Part shown: in pieces, positions 1 through 10,187 of the stretch
Layout: each line of letters begins with the position of its first letter
Numbering within the stretch: the stretch's first letter is position 1
Assembly: GCA_964609095.1 (NCBI GenBank)
Contig: CAZSQN010000002.1
Span: forward strand, 152,066 to 216,065
Direction: 5' to 3'
Length of the DNA stretch: 64,000 nt
Source of the DNA: an uncultured Gammaproteobacteria bacterium
Lineage (GTDB): Bacteria; Patescibacteriota; Patescibacteriia; CAZSQN01
Translations under genes and position numbers: made by a program
The notes under the pieces: generated by a model
The model's input: only the letters and a program-made list of their open reading frames with translations
Database searches by the model: none
Told to the model about the DNA's origin: nothing

Positions 1-457
1 CATCGCCCGAAATCTGCCGGCGGCGCTCCGACCCCGCCGCCTGTTTTTGTCCCAATTCCCGAGCTTCTATATATATAGGAGCATGGCCGGAGGAGCTGAC
101 GCGCCGCAATTTCTCCTCATATCGTTTTTCAGAAACAATATATTTCGGCTTTACCTTCTGCAGCTCTAACCGCAAGGACTCATCCGAAATATTGGGGGGG
201 ATGAGCAGAGCCGCGGTTCCGGCTTTAAGAACGCCAAAATAGCTCCAAATAAATTCCGGGGAATTCTGCAATAAAATCGCCACCGCCTCGCCCTTATCGG
301 CGTTGGCGGCAAAAAAACCGGCCAGCCGATCGCTCCTTTCGCCTATCTGCCCGTAAGTATATTCCTGATTCTCAAAAATCAGGGCGGTTTTATGAGGAAT
401 GCGCTCGGCCGCCTTATCAAGAAAATCGCAAATTGTGCCGTATGAATCAGAATTCAT
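1..457 (-). CDS. AMP-binding enzyme (acyl-CoA/acyl-ACP ligase family), N-terminal part; runs off the window edge
   Basis: Manual translation from ATG at 457: MNSDSYGTICDFLDKAAERIPHKTALIFENQEYTYGQ...VAILLQNSPEFIWSYFGVLKAG, typical of ANL adenylation enzymes. ATGA overlap with the ACP stop. Confidence 0.8.
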   Translation of the reverse strand, partial: MNSDSYGTICDFLDKAAERIPHKTALIFENQEYTYGQIGERSDRLAGFFAANADKGEAVAILLQNSPEFIWSYFGVLKAGTAALLIPPNISDESLRLELQKVKPKYIVSEKRYEEKLRRVSSSGHAPIYIEARELGQKQAAGSERRRQISGD

Positions 458-708
458 TGTATATTTTTCTTCTTTTTAAGAAGGTCAACGAACCCCTGCG
501 GCGTTTCCACGTCGACAATTTCGCCAATCTCAAAACGCACGCCAAAAACATTCTCCATTTCCGAAACCAATTGCATATGCGCGAGCGAATCCCAATTTTC
601 AAACTCGCGCCTCAATGTGCCCAAACTGAATTTATCTTCGGACAGATTCTGAAAAATCTCAAAAAATATTTTCTTGACTCCGTCTTCTATTTGCATATTA
701 TCAGACAT
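454..708 (-). CDS. Acyl carrier protein
   Basis: 84 aa acidic protein with WDSLAHM phosphopantetheine-attachment motif. Confidence 0.88.
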   Translation of the reverse strand: MSDNMQIEDGVKKIFFEIFQNLSEDKFSLGTLRREFENWDSLAHMQLVSEMENVFGVRFEIGEIVDVETPQGFVDLLKKKKNIQ

Positions 709-1078
709 ATTTTTTTAAAGTCAGGCAAAATGCCTGCGCGTATTCTTTAGTATGGCTTAAACTTATGATGGTTTTATATTTTTTATTTATTTTCTTATCC
801 AAATAGCGGACCGAGGGCGAACCGTCGGGATGGCTGCCGATTTCTATCCGGTTAAATCTTAAATTCTCCTTAACGCTTTTACGAACCGCTTCTTTGGCGG
901 CAAAACGCGCCGCCAAAGTTTGCGCCCGATTAGCGCGTCCGGAAACAAATTTCAGCTCGCGCGCGGTAAATATGTTTTTTGCCAATCTGCTCTCCGCCTT
1001 AAAATCAACAAATCTCGCCACTTCCTCCAAATCAGTTCCCAAGGAGACGTTATTAAAATCAAATTCCGCGGACTTCAT
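701..1078 (-). CDS. acpS: Holo-ACP synthase (4'-phosphopantetheinyl transferase)
   Basis: LGTDL, ARFAAKEA and SLSH motifs; start taken at ATG 1078 (MKSAEF). Confidence 0.9.
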   Translation of the reverse strand: MKSAEFDFNNVSLGTDLEEVARFVDFKAESRLAKNIFTARELKFVSGRANRAQTLAARFAAKEAVRKSVKENLRFNRIEIGSHPDGSPSVRYLDKKINKKYKTIISLSHTKEYAQAFCLTLKKYV

Positions 1079-1080
1079 AA

Positions 1081-2097
1081 TTAAAAAGACAAAGAAACGG
1101 GCAGATTTCCGTTTTTTAACGACTGGTCGCACGCTTCCAAAATCTTAACCGTTTCGTATCCATGATAGCCGTCAATGATTGACGGGAGCGGCTCTTTTAT
1201 TCTTTTTAAGAAATGCTCCAGAGCGCCTTTAAGCGCTTCTTCCTCGTCAAGTTTGGGAATATAAACATCGCCCCGGCGATAAAAAGGCATGGCCGGAGTT
1301 TCTTTGGAAAAATCAAGTTCGGCGCCGCTGTCATGCACTCTTACTTTTTCCGAAACCTCAATATCGTCATAAACAACCATTTTTTTATCTCCGCCGAGCA
1401 GGATTTTGCGCATTTTAACCGGCGAAAGCCAGCTTGTATGAATATGCGCCAAAAATCCCGAAGGATAATCAAGCATCATGTGGGCTACCTCCTCCACGCG
1501 CGTGGAATTTGCCGTAACATACGATTTGCCAATGGCCGTAACGCGATTCGGCCGCTCGGCCGTCAGATAATTTAAAATGGAAACATCATGAGCGGCCAGA
1601 TCGTAAATCACGTTGACATCGCTTTGGATTAAGCCGAGATTGATCCGCGAAGAATCAAAATACCTTAAACGGCCAAGTTCTCCGATGTCAATCAATTCCT
1701 TGATTTTTCTGACGGCGCCGGTAAAAAGAAAAGTATGGTCAACGGCTAAAATCAGATTTTTTTCTTTGGCCAGCTCGTGAAGCGCGAGCGCGTCCGCCGA
1801 ACTTATCGCCAGCGGCTTTTCAACAAAACAATGCTTGCCCGAAGAAAGCGCGGCGCGGACAATTTCAAAATGAGAGCTCGGGGGCGTAGCTACGAGCACG
1901 GCTTCAATTTCGGCGTCGGCAATTACTTCCTGCCAATCGCCGCTCGCGCGCAAATGAGGATAATGGGCGCGCATCCATTCAACCCTTGACGGATCGCGGT
2001 CGCAGATAATCTGGAGCGCGCCGTCCTTTTGCGCCAGCGCGTTTCGCGCCAGATTTTTGCCCCAATAACCGGCTCCTATTAAAGCAAGACGAAGCAT
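1081..2097 (-). CDS. Gfo/Idh/MocA family oxidoreductase (sugar-nucleotide dehydrogenase)
   Basis: GAGYWG Rossmann motif, VEKP, DLAAHD; start at ATG 2097. Confidence 0.9.
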   Translation of the reverse strand: MLRLALIGAGYWGKNLARNALAQKDGALQIICDRDPSRVEWMRAHYPHLRASGDWQEVIADAEIEAVLVATPPSSHFEIVRAALSSGKHCFVEKPLAISSADALALHELAKEKNLILAVDHTFLFTGAVRKIKELIDIGELGRLRYFDSSRINLGLIQSDVNVIYDLAAHDVSILNYLTAERPNRVTAIGKSYVTANSTRVEEVAHMMLDYPSGFLAHIHTSWLSPVKMRKILLGGDKKMVVYDDIEVSEKVRVHDSGAELDFSKETPAMPFYRRGDVYIPKLDEEEALKGALEHFLKRIKEPLPSIIDGYHGYETVKILEACDQSLKNGNLPVSLSF

Positions 2098-2135
2098 AGA
2101 AACGTTAAATAACTTACCAAAAAAATCTCTCCGCG

Positions 2136-3536
2136 TCAACCGTTCTTTCGGCGCGCAAAGACGGAAAATCCGTATCCGGCTAAAATAAAGATGAAAGGAT
2201 TAACGGGGTAACGAAAACGCGAATAGCTGCCTATGCCGCTTCCAAGCGCGAAATAAAAAATTACCGCCGCAAAAAGGAGAGTGAGGGAAAACGCCCGTTT
2301 TTTAACTAAGGCCGTTGCCAATCCTAAAACCATAAAAGCCGTAATCGTAAGCCAGATTAGTTTGCCTCCCCAAAAAACAGCCGCGCCCAATCCGATTCTT
2401 CCTCTTAAAAATGAAAGCAGTTGGACGGGATTGCCGTTCCAGTCCGTAATGACGCGGGACGCGGATAAATCCGGAAAGATAACGGAAAGTGAAATTTGCA
2501 GCCCGTCTCCCAAAAAAAACGGAATAAAACTCGCCGAAATAATCTTTATAAAAGTTAAAGGATATTTTCTTATATAAATCCCGGCCAGCCGTTTTTCCGC
2601 TTCCGACGACAAAAGCTGGTTGGAGCTTTTAAGGTTTACGGCATCGGCCGCGAGCCGCTTCATCTCCTCCGTCATAGGCGCGTCCGGCAGAGCCGCGCGG
2701 ATAGCCGCGCCGTACTTGCCCATGCCCACATCGCCGGAGGCCGATGACATATCCGCGACTCCGAACAAAAATCTATTGCGAAGATACCACGGCGCCAAAA
2801 GCGCGGCTCCGGTTATAAAAAATACCAGACAGGCAAGCAAAGCCCGCGAAAATTTTATTTTTTTTATAATCGCCAAAAAAATTAAAAGCAGGACGGCGAG
2901 CGGCGGCAGAAGATAGGTTGAAACAGGCCGGATGTAAGCGCTGGCGGCAAGAAAGGCCGCCGCCAGCGTCAAATGGCGATAGCGAAAATCGTCCAGCGCT
3001 TTCCCAAGAAAATAAACGGCAAAAAAAAGCAGGGTTGCAAACAAGGTTTCGGAAAGAAGCTGGTTGTTCCAATAGATTCCGGTGGGGTCAAAGGAAAAAA
3101 GCGCGGCGGCCGCGAGCCCGGCAATTTTCCCGAATTTCAAACCCAATCTGTAAATAAATACGGCCAAAAAACCGGCGATTATATTCTGCGCCAATATCAC
3201 GGCCGCGATCGCGCCGGTGGCGCCGTAAAAAATGCTGACAAATAACGGATAGCCGGGCGTGCGAAAAGCGTCAGGAGCAAACGGCTCCGCCGCGCTTATG
3301 GAAAAAACGCCGCGGCGCAATAAATTTATGGCCAGCCGCAGATAGCCCTCGCTATCGTCGTTTATCGGCGGGGCAAAACCGATTTCTCCGTATCTCCAAA
3401 ATATCAGATGAAAAAATACCAATCTGGCCGCAAAAGCAAGGCAAAAAATAATAATCTCCGTCCGATGATTCCGAACAAACAGCCGTCCGGCAAGCAAAAA
3501 TCTAACGCAAAAAATTTTTAATTTAACTACACACAT
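2136..3536 (-). CDS. GT-C membrane glycosyltransferase (PMT/ArnT-like, family 39/83)
   Basis: Multi-TM protein with DSEGY, RTPGYP, LSETL, YIRP and PWYLRN motifs. Start uncertain because it lies in a repeat remnant. Confidence 0.8.
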   Translation of the reverse strand: MCVVKLKIFCVRFLLAGRLFVRNHRTEIIIFCLAFAARLVFFHLIFWRYGEIGFAPPINDDSEGYLRLAINLLRRGVFSISAAEPFAPDAFRTPGYPLFVSIFYGATGAIAAVILAQNIIAGFLAVFIYRLGLKFGKIAGLAAAALFSFDPTGIYWNNQLLSETLFATLLFFAVYFLGKALDDFRYRHLTLAAAFLAASAYIRPVSTYLLPPLAVLLLIFLAIIKKIKFSRALLACLVFFITGAALLAPWYLRNRFLFGVADMSSASGDVGMGKYGAAIRAALPDAPMTEEMKRLAADAVNLKSSNQLLSSEAEKRLAGIYIRKYPLTFIKIISASFIPFFLGDGLQISLSVIFPDLSASRVITDWNGNPVQLLSFLRGRIGLGAAVFWGGKLIWLTITAFMVLGLATALVKKRAFSLTLLFAAVIFYFALGSGIGSYSRFRYPVNPFIFILAGYGFSVFARRKNG

Positions 3537-3594
3537 AAATTGTTTAATCCAGCACATAACATAACATAATTTATGTTATGTTATGTGCTGGATT
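3527..3594. repeat. Degenerate CCCCGCACATAA-family element with palindrome
   Basis: ctacacacataaattgtttaatcc resembles the end of other copies; hairpin aatccagcacataacataacataa/ttatgttatgttatgtgctggatt contains the stop codon of the GT4 gene. Confidence 0.6.
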
Positions 3595-4738
3595 TAGCCC
3601 ACTCCCCAATTATATACCGGCCGCGAGATAGCCAAGAATATTTTTCCGCAATAGCCCTCCCTGCCCCGCCATAACGGCGGCGTAAATCTTCATTGTCAAG
3701 AAGAAGACGCAGAGCGCGCCCCATTGCCGCGGCGTCTCCCGCCGGAACAAGGCAAGCGGATTCGGCATTCACCACTTCGCGCACCGAAGGCAAATCAGTG
3801 GCAATCACCGGCCTGCCGCTGGCCAAGTATTCAAATAGCTTAAGCGGAGAAGTCCAGCGCAAAAAAAACGCTGAAGATGCGGGCGTTGGCATTAAAAGCG
3901 CGTCCGCGGCCGCGAGCCAGTCGGGGATTTCCGCGTATGGCCTCTGGCCGGCAAAAATAACAGCGCCGGACGGAAGCCCCAAATCGTTTAAATATTGTTT
4001 ATAAGCGGCTATAGCGCTCTCCGGCCCGCCGACTATGGCCAGAACAATATTTTTATTCCCATTCTTATACGCCTGCCCAAACGCTTCCAGCATCAGATAG
4101 ATGCCTTTTTCCATACCCATGGCCTCTAACCTGCCGACATACATGGCTATTTTCGCTTCAACCGGCAAAGAAAGTTTTTTCCGCGCTTCTTCTTGGCTCA
4201 AAGACGAGCTAAAACGTCTTAAGTCCGCTCCGTCGTGGGCGACAATTATTCTGGCCCCGCTCCTTAAAAACGGTTTGGCGTCTTGCGCCAAGGCGGCGGT
4301 TGTGGCGACCACTAACGATTTGGCATTAATAAATCTCAGCCATTTCCCGTAGGAAGGCAAACGGTGCAGTTCTAAGATAAACGGCTTTTGAAATAAGCTG
4401 AAAATCAAAGCCAGCCACTCGTCGCGCAGATATAAAATATCAGCGCGAGCGCGCCGCGACGCCAAAAGCGCGCCCGCGGCAAAACTTAATCCTTCAAGCG
4501 CCAAAGTAAAGATATTCGGGAAACGGCTTAAAAAATCAATGACCGGCAAGGTCTGCCACTTAAATGTCTGCTTAAAACCATAGGCGGAAAAAGGGTCGCC
4601 GCCATTTCCCCACCGTCTCGGGCTTACAAGCAAAACCTCGTGCCCCTGCTCCGCCAAGGCCGAGCACATTGACATAATTTGTATTCCATGCGCTTTTTCC
4701 GTCGGAAGCCGCGCGTTTACGGCATAAAATATTTTCAT
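3581..4738 (-). CDS. Glycosyltransferase family 4
   Basis: SPLKLFEYLASGRPVIATD GT-B motif; ATG at 4738 abuts a TIR. Confidence 0.92.
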   Translation of the reverse strand: MKIFYAVNARLPTEKAHGIQIMSMCSALAEQGHEVLLVSPRRWGNGGDPFSAYGFKQTFKWQTLPVIDFLSRFPNIFTLALEGLSFAAGALLASRRARADILYLRDEWLALIFSLFQKPFILELHRLPSYGKWLRFINAKSLVVATTAALAQDAKPFLRSGARIIVAHDGADLRRFSSSLSQEEARKKLSLPVEAKIAMYVGRLEAMGMEKGIYLMLEAFGQAYKNGNKNIVLAIVGGPESAIAAYKQYLNDLGLPSGAVIFAGQRPYAEIPDWLAAADALLMPTPASSAFFLRWTSPLKLFEYLASGRPVIATDLPSVREVVNAESACLVPAGDAAAMGRALRLLLDNEDLRRRYGGAGRAIAEKYSWLSRGRYIIGEWAKSST

Positions 4739-4739
4739 A

Positions 4740-4835
4740 CCCCGCACATAAATCTATTTAATAATTAAATAGATGACATTATAATTTTTTTATTTTCCCG
4801 CATCCTATTCGTACTAAATAAATTTATGTGCGGGG
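4740..4835. mobile_element. MITE-like element, CCCCGCACATAA family
   Basis: TIRs ccccgcacataaat / atttatgtgcgggg; fills the asnB-GT4 spacer and supplies the asnB stop (KPRT*); no TSD. Confidence 0.75.
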
Positions 4836-6674
4836 TTTCAAATATAAATTATGCCAGACCTGAAATGTCATCAGCGCCCAGATTGTGTTCAAACCGTAAA
4901 CTCTCATTTCCTTATGGTCATCCAAGATTTTAGAAATCGCCGCAAAATCAAAATACGCGTCCGTGCCGGCAGTATATGACGGACTCAAAATTTCTCCGGC
5001 AAACTGATATAATTCCCCTCTTATCCATTTGGCGGCGGGAGAAAAAAATCCCCGTTTTTTTTCTTTAGCCACGAAATCCGGAATCAGGCCGCCGATGGCT
5101 TGACGAAATATCTTTTTACCCAATATCCGCGATTCCAGCTTGTATTTTGACGGGATAGAAAAAGCAAGCTCCGCGAGCCGATAGTCCAATATCGGCACGC
5201 GCTCTTCAAGCGCGAAAGCCATAGACAGCTTGTCTGAACGGATAAGCGACTCGTCAGTAAGCCATGTTTTCACATCCGCCATCATCATCTGATTGGTAAA
5301 ATCTTTTTCTATGTTTTCAAAATATGGAGCAAATGCCCGCGCGGCGGCTTCGGGGCGGCTAACGTCTTTCTTTAAAAATTTTCCGACTTTTTCTTCTTTC
5401 TGCGCCATAAAAGAAAAAAACCTGTCCAAGCCCTGTTTTGCCTGAACCTTTTCCAAAAACGTCGTTCTGCCGGTAATGTTTCCCAAAAATGAAAGCAGCA
5501 TGGGATTAAGAAGCGGCGCCGGCAAAGACCCGATCTTATCAATGACCGAATTATAATAATATCTGTCATAGCCGCCGAAAAGCTCGTCGCCGCCGTCTCC
5601 GCCTAAAACAACATCAACCTTCTTTTTGGCAAACTGCGAAAGCAGATAGGTGGCCGGCTGAATGTGGTTGCTTACCGGCTCATCCATATGATAAATAACT
5701 TTTTCAAAACAATCCCGCGTGCCATTCGCGGAAATTTTTAAAGAATAGTGGTCGGTTCCAAAATGTTTGGCGATTCTCTCCGCCAGATAAAAATCGGCGT
5801 TGTATCTTTCCTCCTGAATGTCAATATCAAAGCCGACCGAAAATGTTTTAATCTTTCCGGGAATTATTTCCGCCATCGCGCCCAACACCGCGGTAGAATC
5901 AATGCCGCCGGAAAGAAAAACGCCCAAAGGACGGTCCGAAATCAGCTGTCTTTTAACCGCGTCCCTGAAAAGAGCAAGAATCTGCTCTTGCGCCTCGCCT
6001 CTCCCAAGCTCTTTTCCGCTTTTTAACTCCCAATACGGAGCCGTCTTCAAATCCCCATTTTTCAAAACCGCGAAATTGCCGGCGGGCAATTTAAAAATAT
6101 TTTTCCAGATAGTTTTGGGCGCGGGAACGTAAAGAAAGCGGAAATAAACGTTTAAGGAATCCAAATCAATTTCTCGCGGCACATTATGGCGAAGAATGGC
6201 TTTTATCTCGGAAGCAAAAATAAATTTCTTTCCGTCCCAGTAATAATAAAGCGGCTTTACTCCCAGATGGTCGCGCGCCAAAAAAAGCTCATTTCGTTCT
6301 TTGTCCCAAACGGCAAACGCGAAAATGCCGTTTAATTTTTTTATTGATTCTTTGCCCCACTCCGCGTAAGCGGCGAGCAATGCTTCCGTATCGCTTTTGG
6401 ATTTAAACGAATGTCCTTTTTTCTCTAATTCCTCTTTCAATTCCTGAAAATTGTAAATCTCGCCGTTAAAAGTGATAGTATATCGCCCGTTCGCGTAACT
6501 CATCGGCTGATGCCCCAGAGGCGAGAGGTCAATAATGGAAAGACGGTTATGACCCAAAGAAATTCCGGGCGCGCTAAAAGTTCCGGCGTCGTCAGGCCCG
6601 CGGTGATTTTGAATCGCAATCATCGCTTTTAATTTTTCTTCATCCTGAAAATTAAATCCGGAAATTCCACACAT
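4824..6674 (-). CDS. asnB: Asparagine synthase (glutamine-hydrolysing)-like amidotransferase, probably glycan amidation
   Basis: MCGISG Ntn N-terminus, HRGPD, FNGEIYN, LSGGIDS, GDGGDELFGGY. Confidence 0.93.
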   Translation of the reverse strand: MCGISGFNFQDEEKLKAMIAIQNHRGPDDAGTFSAPGISLGHNRLSIIDLSPLGHQPMSYANGRYTITFNGEIYNFQELKEELEKKGHSFKSKSDTEALLAAYAEWGKESIKKLNGIFAFAVWDKERNELFLARDHLGVKPLYYYWDGKKFIFASEIKAILRHNVPREIDLDSLNVYFRFLYVPAPKTIWKNIFKLPAGNFAVLKNGDLKTAPYWELKSGKELGRGEAQEQILALFRDAVKRQLISDRPLGVFLSGGIDSTAVLGAMAEIIPGKIKTFSVGFDIDIQEERYNADFYLAERIAKHFGTDHYSLKISANGTRDCFEKVIYHMDEPVSNHIQPATYLLSQFAKKKVDVVLGGDGGDELFGGYDRYYYNSVIDKIGSLPAPLLNPMLLSFLGNITGRTTFLEKVQAKQGLDRFFSFMAQKEEKVGKFLKKDVSRPEAAARAFAPYFENIEKDFTNQMMMADVKTWLTDESLIRSDKLSMAFALEERVPILDYRLAELAFSIPSKYKLESRILGKKIFRQAIGGLIPDFVAKEKKRGFFSPAAKWIRGELYQFAGEILSPSYTAGTDAYFDFAAISKILDDHKEMRVYGLNTIWALMTFQVWHNLYLKPRT

Positions 6675-6708
6675 AATACAAATATATTGACTTTTTAATC
6701 TGTAACAA

Positions 6709-6858
6709 TTAGCAGGGGGAACAAATTTTTTGCAGACGTTGCTGTCCGAGGCAAGCCGAGAAGCCCGGCGTTAGATTAAGGATGAGGGCTTCGAGGCCGG
6801 TCGAGCGTCAGCGAGAGCCAAGTTCAATGGCAAAAAAATTTGATTCCACGAGCGCTAA
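6709..6858. repeat. Intergenic inverted-repeat-bounded element
   Basis: Ends ggaacaaattttttgc / gcaaaaaaatttgattcc are imperfect inverted repeats around a GC-rich interior; single copy in window. Confidence 0.4.
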
Positions 6859-7997
6859 AAGCTTGTAATGGCTTTCGCGACCGCAAGAGTTACGTTCTTA
6901 TCAAAGATGTTCGGCAAAATCATGTCGGTTTTGGGTTCTGCCACGCAGGCGGCCAGATTCTCCGCCGCCGCTATAAGCATTTCATCAGTGATTTGTTTAA
7001 TTCCGTTATCCAGCGCGCCCCTGAAAATGCCGGGGAAAGCTAAAACATTGTTTAGTTGATTGGGGAAATCCGACCGCCCGGTAGCAACAATAGCCGCGCC
7101 GGCTTCTTTCGCCAAGTCCGGCATTATTTCCGGAACGGGATTGGCCAGAGCAAAAATAACCGGCTCTTTGTTCATTTTCTTAATCATTTCTCCGCTTAAC
7201 GCTCCGGCTTTGCTCACGCCGACAAAAACATCCGCTCCAGAAAGTACCGCGCCCAAATTGCCGGAAACGCGGCCGAGATTGGTTATCTTCGCCATTTCCT
7301 TCTTAGATTCGTTTAAATCCGCGCGGCCTTCATATATAGGGCCTTTGCTGTCGCACAAAATCAAATTTTTAAAACCGTATTTTAAAAGCAGTTTAGAGAC
7401 GGCGATGCCGGCCGCTCCGGCTCCATTCATAACAATCTTCACATTTTCTTTGGAAACGGCTTTGACCTTCAAAGCATTTATCAACGCGGCCAAAACAACG
7501 GTCGCCGTGCCATGCTGGTCATCATGCATAACCGGAATATCCAGCTCTGTTTTCAGCCGCTCTTCAATTTCAAAACAGCGCGGCGCGGAAATATCTTCCA
7601 AATTAATGCCGCCAAAAACAGGCGCGATATATTTGACCGCTTTGATTATTTCTTCCGCGTCCTGCGTGTCCAGACAAATGGGAAAGGCGTCTATATTGGC
7701 AAATTCCTTAAACAGCGCGGCTTTGCCTTCCATCACGGGAATGGCCGCTTCCGGGCCCAGATTGCCCAGTCCCAAAATGGCCGAGCCGTCCGACACCACC
7801 GCCACCGTGTTCTTTTTAATCGTGTATTCGTAAGCCAAATTTTTATCTCTGCCTATTTCCGCGCTCACGGCTCCCACACCCGGAGTATAAGCCAGAGACA
7901 AATCCGCCTTATTTTTAATAAGAACTTTGTTCGCGATTTCTATTTTGCCTCTATGCTTTTTGTGCAGTTCCAATGAATCCAAATAAACTTTGTCCAT
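6855..7997 (-). CDS. NAD(P)-dependent malic enzyme (short form)
   Basis: AYTPGV, VSDGSAILGLG, NLEDISAPRCF, DDQHGTA, GAGAAG, FALANP, NNVLAFPG. Confidence 0.95.
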   Translation of the reverse strand: MDKVYLDSLELHKKHRGKIEIANKVLIKNKADLSLAYTPGVGAVSAEIGRDKNLAYEYTIKKNTVAVVSDGSAILGLGNLGPEAAIPVMEGKAALFKEFANIDAFPICLDTQDAEEIIKAVKYIAPVFGGINLEDISAPRCFEIEERLKTELDIPVMHDDQHGTATVVLAALINALKVKAVSKENVKIVMNGAGAAGIAVSKLLLKYGFKNLILCDSKGPIYEGRADLNESKKEMAKITNLGRVSGNLGAVLSGADVFVGVSKAGALSGEMIKKMNKEPVIFALANPVPEIMPDLAKEAGAAIVATGRSDFPNQLNNVLAFPGIFRGALDNGIKQITDEMLIAAAENLAACVAEPKTDMILPNIFDKNVTLAVAKAITSF

Positions 7998-8041
7998 GTA
8001 TCAGAATTATGAATTAAAAATCAAGAATTATGAATAAAAAT

Positions 8042-9058
8042 CTAATTTCCAGCTCGGATATATTTTCCCATTTTTTCCACCAAACCGCTCAAGCTGTGAT
8101 TTTCCCTCACTATTTTTTTAAGATATTCGCCGTCCTCTGTTTTCATATCTTTTATATAAGCCGCCACTTCTTCCGGCGAATCATCTTTTGGTGCATTGGG
8201 AAACCCTATGGCTTTGGCGTGTCCTGGAGTTACAATCGGTGTTGCGCCGCAATACATCGCCTCAAGCACTGTTTTATCAATCGTATCCGGAACCATATTT
8301 ATCAGCACGCGATAACGGGGATAAATTTTTTTAAGTTCGGGCATCGGCACCGAACCCATAAAACGGACGCGGCCTTTTAGTTCCGGCAAATCCGCCAATT
8401 TTTTAATCTCGGCTTCATATTCGGGGTCTATTCTCGGATCCAGCGGGCGCCCGTAATGGGTAAGCGTGTATTCTTTTGGCAGAAGCGCCAGCGCTTTTAA
8501 GACAATATCTATTCTTTTTGATTTGGAGATCCGATGAACCGCCAATAGATTCGTCATCGGTTCGCGGAGATTCTCCGCCGCCTCCGGAACATTCCAAAAA
8601 TCTGTGTCAATCCCATGTCCGGTCACAACTTTGCGAGAATTCCCATTATATTGCGGCAGGCAGTCATTTGTGGCCGCAAACATCCGTTTAACTATCTTAT
8701 CGCCGATTTTTAAGGAAAGCGGGCGCGTGTAATGCGTATACCAAAGATATGTCGGGATGCGGCGCAAAGCCCAATACCATGCTCCGGCAGCCAACCACCT
8801 CGGATTCATATGCGCGAACACGCGGTCGTGCGGAACGGTTAAAATCAATTTCTGGAATCGCAAAAAAGCGCGCCAGTTAGGCAGCCCTTCTTCTTTGCCC
8901 AGAGAATAAACAGGAAACGGAAGAGAGTGCTTGCCTTTTTCCAGACAAATCACTGTTACCTCAAATCCTTGGCGCGCAAATTCCTTGGCCCATAAAGACG
9001 TAAAGGCAAAGTCGTCATCATCCTCTTTTATTTTTGGAGTAATAAAAAGCAGCCGCAT
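8042..9058 (-). CDS. Glycosyltransferase family 4
   Basis: GT-B features: GHGID, RISKSK, DKTVLEAM. Confidence 0.85.
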   Translation of the reverse strand: MRLLFITPKIKEDDDDFAFTSLWAKEFARQGFEVTVICLEKGKHSLPFPVYSLGKEEGLPNWRAFLRFQKLILTVPHDRVFAHMNPRWLAAGAWYWALRRIPTYLWYTHYTRPLSLKIGDKIVKRMFAATNDCLPQYNGNSRKVVTGHGIDTDFWNVPEAAENLREPMTNLLAVHRISKSKRIDIVLKALALLPKEYTLTHYGRPLDPRIDPEYEAEIKKLADLPELKGRVRFMGSVPMPELKKIYPRYRVLINMVPDTIDKTVLEAMYCGATPIVTPGHAKAIGFPNAPKDDSPEEVAAYIKDMKTEDGEYLKKIVRENHSLSGLVEKMGKYIRAGN

Positions 9059-10185
9059 TATTTTGATAACTCTTTATGCAAAATTTCAATGATTCTTTCC
9101 GCCGCATGGCCGTCCCAATTTTCAATTTCCCGCGAATGTTTCCATTTACCCTGCATTATTTTTTCTATACTCTCTTTTATTTTCTGCTCGTCTAAGCCAA
9201 CTATTTCATTGGTTCCCTTCTCTACTGTTATCGGCCGTTCTGTTTCATTTCTTAAAGTAAGGCAAGGCACGCCTAAAATCGTTGTTTCTTCCTGAATGCC
9301 TCCGGAATCAGTTAATACAAACTTGGCATTTTTCATCAATTGAAGAAAATCAATATAACTTAAAGGTTCAATAAAATTTAATCTTTGTTTGCGCTCTTCC
9401 CAGCCCTGTTTCCCCCACGCGGTTATTATCTCTTTCTTTGTTCTGGGGTGAATAGGGAAAATTACCGGTAAATCTTTGCTTGCGCTCTCCAATACTCTAA
9501 GGGCCATACCCAAATTTTTTCCGAGATTTTCCGCTCTATGAAGCGTGATTAAAATAAAATTATCCGACTTCAGTTTCAAAGCATTCAATATATATGATTT
9601 TTCTTCAGCCAAAGGAAGAAAGCGTTTCAAAGTATCTATCATTACATTTCCGACTAAATACTTTTTACCCTTAACTTTTTCTTCTTCCAAATTCTTTAAT
9701 CCGTCCGGTTCCGAAGCAAACAAATAATCGGCAATTTTATCCGTTTCTGTGCGGTTATGTTCTTCCGACATTTTATTGTTAAAACTTCGCAGTCCCGCTT
9801 CTACGTGCGCGACGGAAATACCTGCCGCTTTTGCCGCTTCCGCTCCGGCCAAAGTGGAAGTGACATCCCCGACCACCGCAACAACATCAAATTTTTGTTC
9901 TCTAAAAATCTTTGCCAATTTCTCTTTTATTTCCCTCTTTTGCTCTTCGGCATTCTTGCCGCCGACTTCCAAATTATAATCCGGATGCGGCAGACCGAGC
10001 TCGTCAAAAAATACTTGCGACATTTTGTCGTCATAATGCTGGCCGGTATGAATCAGAGTATATTCAATATCATTAAATTCCTTTCCATTTTCATCGTGCT
10101 CTTTGTTGTGTGTTTCACACGCCTCTATAAGCGCGGCCACTTTCATAAAATTCGGCCTGGCTCCGGCAATAAAGCAAATTCTCAT
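9058..10185 (-). CDS. wecB: UDP-N-acetylglucosamine 2-epimerase (non-hydrolysing)
   Basis: GARPNFMK, HTGQHY, HVEAGLRS, TDSGGIQEE, TERP. Confidence 0.95.
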   Translation of the reverse strand: MRICFIAGARPNFMKVAALIEACETHNKEHDENGKEFNDIEYTLIHTGQHYDDKMSQVFFDELGLPHPDYNLEVGGKNAEEQKREIKEKLAKIFREQKFDVVAVVGDVTSTLAGAEAAKAAGISVAHVEAGLRSFNNKMSEEHNRTETDKIADYLFASEPDGLKNLEEEKVKGKKYLVGNVMIDTLKRFLPLAEEKSYILNALKLKSDNFILITLHRAENLGKNLGMALRVLESASKDLPVIFPIHPRTKKEIITAWGKQGWEERKQRLNFIEPLSYIDFLQLMKNAKFVLTDSGGIQEETTILGVPCLTLRNETERPITVEKGTNEIVGLDEQKIKESIEKIMQGKWKHSREIENWDGHAAERIIEILHKELSK

Positions 10186-10187
10186 AC

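Noticed and set aside
7060-7833. 257-aa + strand ORF and similar long antisense ORFs (e.g. 44962-45708, 21558-22160)
   Set aside because: Shadow frames of well-supported genes on the opposite strand
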